Virus record (IMG/VR): IMGVR_UViG_3300029305_011318
Length of the DNA: 39,063 nt
Reading direction: 5' to 3' (one strand)
Source: a virus
Taxonomy: Duplodnaviria; Heunggongvirae; Uroviricota; Caudoviricetes
Position 1 is the stretch's first letter. Every line of letters starts with the position of its first letter. The translations under genes and the position numbers were made by a program. The notes under the pieces were generated by a model. It ran no database searches. It was not told the origin of the DNA and saw nothing but the letters and a program-made list of their open reading frames with translations. Positions 27,640 to 36,136 of the stretch are shown piece after piece.

Positions 27640-27825
27640 AATAATATGTTTCCTTTCTATTTCTTAATTTTTAATTACTAGGCTCCCAATCTGCTACTCT
27701 ATATATAATGGTTCATTACAAATGTTTCTAGCTAATCATCTTGTAATATAATATATATTTCATTGGTTGATTTAAGGTGCAGTTTCGCCTCGGTTCTTAT
27801 GTTAAACTGAACTCCACCTAGTAAA

Positions 27826-27897
27826 TGCCTAATGAGGGATTCGAACCTACAACTTTTCGGTTAACAGCCGCTTGCTCTACCATTGAACTACACGCCC
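27826..27897 (-). pseudogene. Chimeric/defective tRNA-Asn(GTT)
   Basis: Normal D and anticodon arms, but 5' GGGCGTG does not pair with 3' ATTAGGC and T-stem GTAGG does not pair with CCCTC. Confidence 0.72.
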
Positions 27898-27937
27898 AAA
27901 AAAATACCACCTATTACATCATATAATAAGTGGTATC
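27898..27937 (-). terminator. Terminator/attenuator directly abutting tRNA cluster B
   Basis: 13-bp stem ATACCACTTATTA/TAATAGGTGGTAT plus U6, ending at tRNA-Asn nucleotide 1. Confidence 0.85.
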
Positions 27938-28001
27938 TTTTCATTAATCTAAGAAAGTGAGATATTTATCTGGGCAAACATATTGTTTGTTCCATTTATT
28001 A

Positions 28002-28127
28002 TTATACAATGAAATGGTCTATATCTTTATTTGATTGTTTGTTTTTATCCATAGGGAAATAAAAGCTTTTTTCAAGCCCACGTTCTAAATTCATAGTATT
28101 AATTGTATTTTTTACCATGTTTATCAT
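28002..28127 (-). CDS. Leader micro-ORF B (41 aa) MINMVKNTINTMNLERGLEKSFYFPMDKNKQSNKDIDHFIV
   Basis: RBS AGAAAGG; lies between the promoter motif and the attenuator hairpin. Confidence 0.68.
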   Translation of the reverse strand: MINMVKNTINTMNLERGLEKSFYFPMDKNKQSNKDIDHFIV

Positions 28128-28227
28128 AACTTTTCCCTTTCTGTTTGTTTCTTAATATTACTATACGGTAATTTTTATTTTTTGAAAGTATTTTTCAAAA
28201 ATTTTTTATTTTTTTCTTATCTATGTA

Positions 28228-28251
28228 TATATGTATAAAAATTTCTCAAAA
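28228..28251 (-). promoter_or_regulatory. Copy of recurrent 24-bp promoter-like motif (upstream of leader B and tRNA cluster B)
   Basis: Minus strand TTTTGAGAAATTTTTATACATATA. Confidence 0.7.
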
Positions 28252-28283
28252 ATCATCAAAAAATAGATAATTTTTAAAATTTT

Positions 28284-29003
28284 TTATTTTTTTTCATATT
28301 CTTCAATACAATCTGCAATACTTTCTAAGTCTTGCCGACTAAAAACATCTGTTAATAATGTATAAGTTGCATTATCGAAATATTTTAAATAATGTCCTTT
28401 CATAATATATCCAAGGGGTGCTGTTTTAGAAAATATATGTGCAAATCCATTTTCTTTTGGATTTTCAAAAACTGATAATTTTCGATAACTATATGGCTGT
28501 ACATCCATCGGAATGGTTTTATAAGAGGACATTAGTTTTATTAATGAAAATCGATTATCTAAATAGATAGATAATAAATCATTCATTTTATATAATGGGT
28601 TCATCAAAATTAAAGATAATCCGGTTGTATAAATTATATTAGATAATGAATTAGTTTCATGTGTTAAAAAATGATGATGGTAAAATAACGTATATGTAGT
28701 TGGTTGTATTTGTTGACCAAATACAATTGGAGAATATTCTTGAATACCAAAATCTAATATTTGATTATTTAAAGTAAGCCAAATATGGTCTTTTGTATTA
28801 TCTTTCCATAATTGTGGAATAGATATTTGTCCATAATGTAAAATTGGTTTATATCCATATTCACATAACAAAATATATAACGCAATATTCGTTAAAACAT
28901 TTGTATCTTCCGGAATATTCTCATAAGCATGAAATAACAAATTTTGTAATACTTTATCATGCGAAATATTTTTGTGCAAAATTTGATTTATTGTTAATGA
29001 CAT
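28284..29003 (-). CDS. Hypothetical protein
   Basis: 239-aa ORF with RBS GAGGA. Confidence 0.7.
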   Translation of the reverse strand: MSLTINQILHKNISHDKVLQNLLFHAYENIPEDTNVLTNIALYILLCEYGYKPILHYGQISIPQLWKDNTKDHIWLTLNNQILDFGIQEYSPIVFGQQIQPTTYTLFYHHHFLTHETNSLSNIIYTTGLSLILMNPLYKMNDLLSIYLDNRFSLIKLMSSYKTIPMDVQPYSYRKLSVFENPKENGFAHIFSKTAPLGYIMKGHYLKYFDNATYTLLTDVFSRQDLESIADCIEEYEKK

Positions 29004-29018
29004 GATATATTCCTCATA

Positions 29019-29288
29019 TTACTTTTTCATTTCTCTATGTTCTGTTAAAAATGAATGAACTATTTCTTCACAACGAAATTCCAACATTGCTTTAAAATTT
29101 AAACTATAATGATGAACAATATCTAATACTTTAAAACGGACACCATTATATTGAATAATTTCACCAATACGAGGAATCGTATAAAAAGGACATTTAATAT
29201 CTATTGTTTTATTTGGTAATTTAATCATAACATTCATGTTTTCACATAAATCCATATTGTTTATTTTTGTAGTTTTTTTAAAAAGCAT
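29019..29288 (-). CDS. Hypothetical protein
   Basis: 89-aa ORF with RBS AAGGAG. Confidence 0.68.
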   Translation of the reverse strand: MLFKKTTKINNMDLCENMNVMIKLPNKTIDIKCPFYTIPRIGEIIQYNGVRFKVLDIVHHYSLNFKAMLEFRCEEIVHSFLTEHREMKK

Positions 29289-29317
29289 AAATTTTCTCCT
29301 TATTCAATCATTATTAT

Positions 29318-29341
29318 TATATGTAAAAAATCTTCTCAAAA
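29318..29341 (-). promoter_or_regulatory. Copy of recurrent 24-bp promoter-like motif
   Basis: Minus strand TTTTGAGAAGATTTTTTACATATA. Confidence 0.68.
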
Positions 29342-29346
29342 AGTAT

Positions 29347-29378
29347 AAAAAAAGATACGACTTAAATCGTATCTTTTT
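29347..29378. terminator. Intrinsic terminator
   Basis: AAAAGATACGA-CTTAAA-TCGTATCTTTT. Confidence 0.82.
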
Positions 29379-30570
29379 CATCATATTCTTCTATTTTATT
29401 TATTTCATAATCTAAAGTATTATTTTTATCTTTAATAGGGATTTGTAATTCTTTTGCTCTTTCCATAAAAGATTGATATTGTCTATCTGTCAAAAACAAA
29501 TCTCTTGTAATGGGTTTTGTAAAATGAAAATCTACATGTTTCATGGCTTCTTTTGCAGTTTCATAAATAGATTCTCCGGTTAATTGATATTTGGCATTTT
29601 TATCTCGCATATAAGCAATATCAAACGCATTATTATGGTCGTACAAAGGATGACAACCTAATATTTCCATTGTATTACAATTATAGAAAAATCCCCAATT
29701 CATACCATGCCTATCACGATTACTAATTAAATAATCAACTATCATCATTTTATACATAGAATCCGGGTCTATTTTAATGGCTTCTCGTAATGTATCTAAT
29801 CCTTGTTGGTTACAATACGAATAAAAATCAACACCCGGTAAAATAGCAATATCTTCTGTTGTCATACATTTACATTTTACAGTATCTAAGATTTCATTTG
29901 TTTGTACATCCATAGATGTGCTCATTTCATAATGAAGATGTTCAACATTACAACAATCTAAAATATTGCTGCACATAGCTTCAATTTTTGATTCCCAAGA
30001 ACCATTTGCACCTAATTTATGTAAGTATAATCCATCTTCTTCTCTCTTCCATGCTTTTGCATAGGCTCCTTGTCCTGTTAATTCCGGTGTGGTTAAATTT
30101 CCATCTAAAGATAAACTACTGCCATGTAAAGATACTTGAATAACCACTTCACTTAATGAATTGGTTCGTAAATTAACATCTTCCCAAGTTTTAGTATCGC
30201 CTTCTAATTTTACCCAATAATTATCTTGTAAGGATACTGCCCGACATAATAATGCTATTTTGGCTTTATCATAATCAGATTGCAATTGTTCTAAATTAAA
30301 TAATGTGTAAATTTTCTTTGCATTATCACGAGTAATAGGTAATACCCGATGTGCTAAAAATGACTTTATTGAATCGTTATTAGCATTATTAACGATAGTG
30401 GCTTGCGTAACGTCATATTTAAAATTACCGGTTAATGGTTTATGTTCACGTAATCTATATTTTAATGTAAATGGAATTAATTGTTTATTTAATACATCAT
30501 ATTTACCTTCATCAAAATTAATTTGCATAACCGGTTCATTTTTCATCATTAATAATAAATCTCTTGCCAT
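29362..30570 (-). CDS. Second HipA-like (HipA_C) Ser/Thr kinase
   Basis: PELTGQGAYAKAW; DYLISNRDRHGMNWGF; HPLYDHNNAF; RBS AAGGAGAGG. Confidence 0.85.
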   Translation of the reverse strand: MARDLLLMMKNEPVMQINFDEGKYDVLNKQLIPFTLKYRLREHKPLTGNFKYDVTQATIVNNANNDSIKSFLAHRVLPITRDNAKKIYTLFNLEQLQSDYDKAKIALLCRAVSLQDNYWVKLEGDTKTWEDVNLRTNSLSEVVIQVSLHGSSLSLDGNLTTPELTGQGAYAKAWKREEDGLYLHKLGANGSWESKIEAMCSNILDCCNVEHLHYEMSTSMDVQTNEILDTVKCKCMTTEDIAILPGVDFYSYCNQQGLDTLREAIKIDPDSMYKMMIVDYLISNRDRHGMNWGFFYNCNTMEILGCHPLYDHNNAFDIAYMRDKNAKYQLTGESIYETAKEAMKHVDFHFTKPITRDLFLTDRQYQSFMERAKELQIPIKDKNNTLDYEINKIEEYDEKDTI

Positions 30571-30638
30571 ATCAACCTCTCCTTTATATTATAAGTATAA
30601 CATATTTATATATTTTCTAAAATTATAATCTTTATTTT

Positions 30639-30662
30639 TATATGTATAAAATATTGTCAAAA
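30639..30662 (-). promoter_or_regulatory. Copy of recurrent 24-bp promoter-like motif
   Basis: Minus strand TTTTGACAATATTTTATACATATA. Confidence 0.68.
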
Positions 30663-30705
30663 ATAAAAAAAGAGCAAAGGCGTTATGCTTCACTCTTTTT
30701 TATAC

Positions 30706-33700
30706 TTACATACTTATACGTTCTGAAATTTCCGCCATCTTCGCTTTATTTAAGCGAGTATCTCCATGAACTCGTGAAAATGAAAGATAGCCATTCATTC
30801 TGTCAATCTTAGTTAGATTACTGCTTCCGCATTTTGGACATACATCCATTTCTAACTGTTGATGACCACAATCATCACAATATGCTAATGATAAATTAAC
30901 TCCTTCATAGAATCCCATTTTCATTGCACGACGTACTAATGTTTTAATAGAATCTATATTATAATCAATTGGGTATCGTACATATTGAATTTTTCCACCA
31001 TTGAATAAATTCCAAAATCTATTTTCTAAATTTTGTTTTTCAATTGGTGTGATTTTTTCTGTAACATGACAATGAAAACTGTTAGATACATATTCTCTAT
31101 CTGATACGTTTTCAATAATGCCGAATTCTTTTCTAAATTGTGTTACTTGTTTACCCGTTAAACTTTCGGCAGGAGTCCCATATATAGCATAAAGGATATT
31201 ATCTTCTTTTTTATATTCATCTAATTTTTTATTAATATATTCCATTACTTCTAATGCAAATTGCCCATCTTCTACTATGGATTTACCATTATATAATCTT
31301 TGTAATTCGTTCAAAGCAGTAATACCAAAAGAGGCTGTTGATGATTTTAATACAGGAGCAATTTTATCATTCAAATCTAAATGCCCACCATAAAAACCAC
31401 CTTCACAAAAACCTAATGGATTCATAGATGCTTTCATATGGGATAAATGTTCATAAGTTCGTTTATGAATATTCCGTATCATTTCTAAATAATAATCTAA
31501 TTCTTCATAAAAATCTTTTCCGGTTCGTCTGGATTTTGCTAAAATCATTGGAAGATGTAAAGACACAACTCCGCAATTAAATCTTCCAACAAATACCGGT
31601 TTGTCATTTTCATCTACTGGATACATTCCACCATATTCATACCAAGGAGAAAGGAAAGCTCTACAATTATGACTATATATACCGCTAACTTCAAAATGCT
31701 CGCTATCTGTTGTAACATCATAACTATACATTTGTCTTTCTATTGGTAAGATTTCAACAATTTCCGCATACGTATTATAATGAGATGAAACTGCATCTCT
31801 ATAAAATTGACGTTTTTTTTCACAAATAATATAATTGAGCAATTCTTCTGTTGCGAAAAATTCAACTCTATAGCGAATAGCATTTGGATTATTTTTTAAA
31901 TAATGATTGTGATAAATTTTAGCGGGCATACCCAAGGCTTGTACTAATGCCATTTGTTGTAACGACAATTCTTTATTTGTGGAACCAATTTGAACAACTG
32001 AACCACCATGCGAACTTGCATTTAAATAACCATCAGCATCAATCATTCCTGCTAAAAACGCCATTTTAGATTCATAATCCCAAGAAAAAACTTCGTTAGG
32101 AATATGCCGATTAATCTTATTAATTCCGCCAAATTTTACAGTAAAATAATTTATAGTAGATTGTAAGTTATTATTTTCATCAGCTATTGCAACTAAATCT
32201 TTATATCGACCTTTCTTACCTCGTTCTTGTAAAATTGTTTTTGTTTTTAAATCAAAATATTTTGAAAAAACATAGTGGAACTTATTCTCGATTTCATCTT
32301 CTCCTTGTGCGGCTATTGACACATAAATTCTGTTAGATTGATAACAACCATCACAAAGCATAAATCCTAATAACCAAGCCTTATCTTTATTAAAAACAAT
32401 TGTTTCTTCATTATATTGGTTTGAATTTATCATAATTTTATCTGATATTTGTAAATTTTTAGCGATTATTTGACCTTTTTCAATAACTTCAAAAGGATGG
32501 TCCTCGGTACACAATAGTCGACGACCATTTGATAAATGTACATCAATCCATTTATCAGATACATTTCGTATGATTTTTTGTGTATTTACAAAACCTTTTT
32601 CAGTATCATATATCATTACATCTAATAAATTCATATACATGTGTGGTTGACCTAAAATTTGATATTGTGGTTCAAAAAAGTCCGATAGTCGTTTCCACAT
32701 TCTTTCAAAAGATTCAACATATAATTGATTTTTATATTTATATGTGATAATTTCTTTGCCATCTACGCAACCCATTGGCGAAACTACTTTTCCATATTTT
32801 TTATACATTTCTGCCACATAACCATCACCAGTTAAACTTAACCAGTCAGGATACATGGTTTTTGCAGAACATTGTATTCCTACCTCAAAAACATCTTCTA
32901 AAACTTTTCCAGGTCCATGTAAATTTTCATCATACAGGAAAACCAATTTCGGAAATAAAACCGGTTTTTTATGACCTTTTTTACCTTGACCATTCATTCT
33001 AGTTCTTAAAATAGATTTGGAAATCTCTTTACCCCATTTGGAAGTATTTAATCCAAAAGTTGCGGTAATAAATGGATAATCTCCACGGCTAGAAGCTACG
33101 GTATTAAATTTGTATTCCCAGCCTTGAAATCCTTGGTCTATATCTTTACATACTTTTTTTGTTGCATATTCATTAGCATCTTGTGATAAATTAATACCAT
33201 ACGCATCATATTCAATATTATGTTGTTGCATAATATCTAAATATTCATTATAATATCTTTGATATGATTTTTCGGCATATGGCTCTAATATAAAATCTAC
33301 TTCCGGAAGTGTGAAACCTCCATACTGCTGACTCGCGGCCATTAATGTAATATCTCCAATCACATCAAATGCAGTATCAATTGTTTTAGGTTCATTATAC
33401 CAAACATTTCCCATTTCAAATCCACCAGTAAGAATAGACTGAATATCGCAGAGACAGCAATTCATGGTATCAAGTCTGGCACCTTTATCATGAGGATAGA
33501 TATAACCTTCTGCCGCCGCTTTCCGTTCATCTGCATTAAGAAAATATTCTTCATATTGTGCTGTCTCTAAAATATCTAATTTTTTGACTCTTTTAGTAGA
33601 GACTAATGATGAATCTGCATTGGAATTGGATTTATCTCCTAAAAATTGAATAGCATTACATTCGGCTGTTACTTTAGCATTCATTTGTGCTTCTCGTTTA

Positions 33701-33969
33701 ATCCAATTACGATAATCTTTATAAGATTTCGCAACATCCGAGCGAATTTCTTCTAATGCCATTTCTACTAAAGAATGTACTGTTTCTACCGGAATAACAT
33801 TATCACTTCTAGTAAAAACTTGATTTTCGACTAATGCTATCACTTTTGCGTTTTCGTCATCCGATAATTGAGAAGCAATACGGTTAGCTGATTCGCTAAT
33901 GGCATGTATAATTTTGTTCGCATCCCACTCTTCTAAATTCCCGGATTTTTTTCTTACATAAATATCCAT
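30706..33969 (-). CDS. nrdD: Class III (anaerobic) ribonucleoside-triphosphate reductase with ATP-cone, containing an intein
   Basis: N-terminal ATP-cone; YGTPAESL; Zn ribbon CDDCG...CPKCG; glycyl-radical motif RMNGYL. Confidence 0.95.
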   Translation of the reverse strand: MDIYVRKKSGNLEEWDANKIIHAISESANRIASQLSDDENAKVIALVENQVFTRSDNVIPVETVHSLVEMALEEIRSDVAKSYKDYRNWIKREAQMNAKVTAECNAIQFLGDKSNSNADSSLVSTKRVKKLDILETAQYEEYFLNADERKAAAEGYIYPHDKGARLDTMNCCLCDIQSILTGGFEMGNVWYNEPKTIDTAFDVIGDITLMAASQQYGGFTLPEVDFILEPYAEKSYQRYYNEYLDIMQQHNIEYDAYGINLSQDANEYATKKVCKDIDQGFQGWEYKFNTVASSRGDYPFITATFGLNTSKWGKEISKSILRTRMNGQGKKGHKKPVLFPKLVFLYDENLHGPGKVLEDVFEVGIQCSAKTMYPDWLSLTGDGYVAEMYKKYGKVVSPMGCVDGKEIITYKYKNQLYVESFERMWKRLSDFFEPQYQILGQPHMYMNLLDVMIYDTEKGFVNTQKIIRNVSDKWIDVHLSNGRRLLCTEDHPFEVIEKGQIIAKNLQISDKIMINSNQYNEETIVFNKDKAWLLGFMLCDGCYQSNRIYVSIAAQGEDEIENKFHYVFSKYFDLKTKTILQERGKKGRYKDLVAIADENNNLQSTINYFTVKFGGINKINRHIPNEVFSWDYESKMAFLAGMIDADGYLNASSHGGSVVQIGSTNKELSLQQMALVQALGMPAKIYHNHYLKNNPNAIRYRVEFFATEELLNYIICEKKRQFYRDAVSSHYNTYAEIVEILPIERQMYSYDVTTDSEHFEVSGIYSHNCRAFLSPWYEYGGMYPVDENDKPVFVGRFNCGVVSLHLPMILAKSRRTGKDFYEELDYYLEMIRNIHKRTYEHLSHMKASMNPLGFCEGGFYGGHLDLNDKIAPVLKSSTASFGITALNELQRLYNGKSIVEDGQFALEVMEYINKKLDEYKKEDNILYAIYGTPAESLTGKQVTQFRKEFGIIENVSDREYVSNSFHCHVTEKITPIEKQNLENRFWNLFNGGKIQYVRYPIDYNIDSIKTLVRRAMKMGFYEGVNLSLAYCDDCGHQQLEMDVCPKCGSSNLTKIDRMNGYLSFSRVHGDTRLNKAKMAEISERISM
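31666..32769 (-). mobile_element. Intein (368 aa) with a LAGLIDADG homing endonuclease in nrdD
   Basis: SPMG|CVDG...YSHN|CRAF junctions; two LAGLIDADG motifs, WLLGFMLCDG and FLAGMIDADG. Confidence 0.92.
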
Positions 33970-34012
33970 TGTGTTTTTCCTTTCTTAAAATTTGATTTAT
34001 AATTGCTATTTA

Positions 34013-34035
34013 TATATGTAAAAAATTCCATAAAA
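34013..34035 (-). promoter_or_regulatory. Copy of recurrent promoter-like motif (variant)
   Basis: Minus strand TTTTATGGAATTTTTTACATATA upstream of nrdD. Confidence 0.5.
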
Positions 34036-34041
34036 TAAAAT

Positions 34042-34079
34042 AAAAAAAGACCTTGAATTATAAAAATTCAAAGTCTTTT
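34042..34079. terminator. Intrinsic terminator
   Basis: AAAAGACCTTGAATT/AATTCAAAGTCTTTT hairpin. Confidence 0.78.
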
Positions 34080-34123
34080 CGATTATATTAATACCGGAAT
34101 GATGTTTTAAAATATATACTGAA

Positions 34124-35992
34124 TTAACCTAATGCATCAACAATGACTGCATTTTCGGGAATGTTTTCTTCTTCCACTTCGTAATCTTCAATTACAGGAA
34201 TTTCATCTTCCCATGCTTCAAGGTCTTCTTCATATCCGTCTGCATAATCTACCATATTCGGAATTTCAGATTCCCAAGCATTATGGTCAGTAATATATGC
34301 TGTATCGGCTTCTTCCTGTGATGCATAAGTGTTTTCAAATCCCTCACCCATATCATCAACAGTTACAAAGTCTTCTGCTTTTGGTTCGGATGCTTCGTAA
34401 AGTTCTACTTCTAATTCATACCATTCAGTATCGATAAATTCTTCTGCTTTTGGAGCATTATTTTCCCATTCTGTATGGGCTGTTTCAAATACTTCTGTTG
34501 CAGCGTTTTGTGATTCATACTGATTGATTTTTGCTTTAAATACATCTTCGGTTGGAGTATTTTCATTATGCTGTGCAACGGCTTCATTAAATGCATCTAC
34601 ATCAATATAATCGTTTGATGACGGTGCTGATGCTGACCATGTATTATATGCTTCAGTAAATGCTACTCCAGCTGCTTCGGCACTTTCATATTCATTTTCA
34701 TGATATGTATATTCTGCTTCTGTAGGCTCGGTATTTGTTTCTAAAAATGTTTCAAGTGCTGTATTATATTCGTCAGTGTCTGGTGTTAAACCATTAAGTG
34801 CTTCTGCTTTTGCTGTTTCCCAGGCTGTTTTTGCATTGGCAAATGCTTGTGCTGCCGCTTCTGCACTTTCATATGTGTTTTCGTAGTATCTAAAATCACT
34901 TTCTTTTGGTTCGTTAGCTTCATACGTAGACATGGCTGTTGCAAATTCTTCTTCATTAACAAAGTCACTTACTGTTGGTGTGTTTGCTACATGAGTTGCA
35001 AAAGCCGCTTCATATGCAAGTCTTGCTGCTTCTTCATTATTATATCCATCTGCAAAATATGGATAATCTTCCACTACTGGTTCTGGATATTCTTCACAAT
35101 ATTCTTCTAATGCTACTTCATATGCTTCTTCATTAATAAAATCTTCTCTTGCCGGAGCACAATCTAACCATGTTTCGTAAGCAGATTCAAAAGCAGCGTT
35201 TGCTACATCTTCATTTTCATATGCAAAAATATAATCATCTTTACTTGGTTCATTTGCTTTCCAAGTATCCATTGCTTCATTATACGCAACTTCATTTAAA
35301 TAATTATATAATTCTGGTTCTTTATCAAGCCATGCATCATAATCTTTTTCAAATGCAGTAATATTATAATATGCACCTTCAGAATGTAAAATTTCAATTG
35401 GATTTACTGCTTCTGTTGGTTTAGATGTAGAACTTGTTTTTGTGCTAGAATTTGATGTACTAGCAACTGTCTTTGTCACTATTTTGCTTGCTTGTACAGA
35501 TGGTGACATAGCAACTCTACCTTCTGCTTTTCCACATGTTATATAGTGATTTTTATATGCAGAGAAGTCTAAACCAAATGCTGCAACCAAATCTGGATTA
35601 TTTTCCATATAAGTTACAATATCAAATTCTCCGCCACCATCTCTTTTTTCATTAATACCAAATTTAAGATAATGTGTTACATATAAAGACCAATCATCAC
35701 CAAATGCAGCTACAAGGTCTGGATATAATTTTTTGTATTTCTGAATATCAAAGGCAACACTAAAAGCTCTGCCTTCTTTCATACCATGTGTAAGATAATG
35801 ATTTAATAATGCGTCATAGTCATTTCCAAAGGCTGCTTTTACATCTGGATTCTGTTCTGTATAATACTCGGCATCAAATAAATCTTCTACATCTACAGAA
35901 ATAGATGCTGCCTGGGCTGTAATTAAACTAGATGAAATCATTGCTACTGTAAGTGCCATTGTTAAAATTGTTTTCGAGAGTTTTTTGAACAT
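34124..35992 (-). CDS. Secreted, highly acidic repeat protein
   Basis: Signal peptide ending AQA; three FD..Y...NPD..AAFG.D......HY...G..E.R repeats; then Glu/Ala-rich repeats. Confidence 0.8.
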   Translation of the reverse strand: MFKKLSKTILTMALTVAMISSSLITAQAASISVDVEDLFDAEYYTEQNPDVKAAFGNDYDALLNHYLTHGMKEGRAFSVAFDIQKYKKLYPDLVAAFGDDWSLYVTHYLKFGINEKRDGGGEFDIVTYMENNPDLVAAFGLDFSAYKNHYITCGKAEGRVAMSPSVQASKIVTKTVASTSNSSTKTSSTSKPTEAVNPIEILHSEGAYYNITAFEKDYDAWLDKEPELYNYLNEVAYNEAMDTWKANEPSKDDYIFAYENEDVANAAFESAYETWLDCAPAREDFINEEAYEVALEEYCEEYPEPVVEDYPYFADGYNNEEAARLAYEAAFATHVANTPTVSDFVNEEEFATAMSTYEANEPKESDFRYYENTYESAEAAAQAFANAKTAWETAKAEALNGLTPDTDEYNTALETFLETNTEPTEAEYTYHENEYESAEAAGVAFTEAYNTWSASAPSSNDYIDVDAFNEAVAQHNENTPTEDVFKAKINQYESQNAATEVFETAHTEWENNAPKAEEFIDTEWYELEVELYEASEPKAEDFVTVDDMGEGFENTYASQEEADTAYITDHNAWESEIPNMVDYADGYEEDLEAWEDEIPVIEDYEVEEENIPENAVIVDALG

Positions 35993-36051
35993 ATTTGTTC
36001 CTCCTTATTGATTTTAACGTTAATTTGTTTCCGGTATCTTTTTTCTACATT

Positions 36052-36075
36052 TATATGGGTAAAACTTTCTCAAAA
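36052..36075 (-). promoter_or_regulatory. Copy of recurrent 24-bp promoter-like motif
   Basis: Minus strand TTTTGAGAAAGTTTTACCCATATA. Confidence 0.68.
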
Positions 36076-36136
36076 TGTATCAAATTTAAACCTATTTTTC
36101 TAAAAAACATAAAAATTTTTATTTTTTTGTATCTTT

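Noticed and set aside
19842-27897. HDV-like theta ribozymes at tRNA 3' ends
   Set aside because: No trailer showed the nested P1/P2/P3/P1.1 topology by eye. A pattern search would be needed to exclude them fully.
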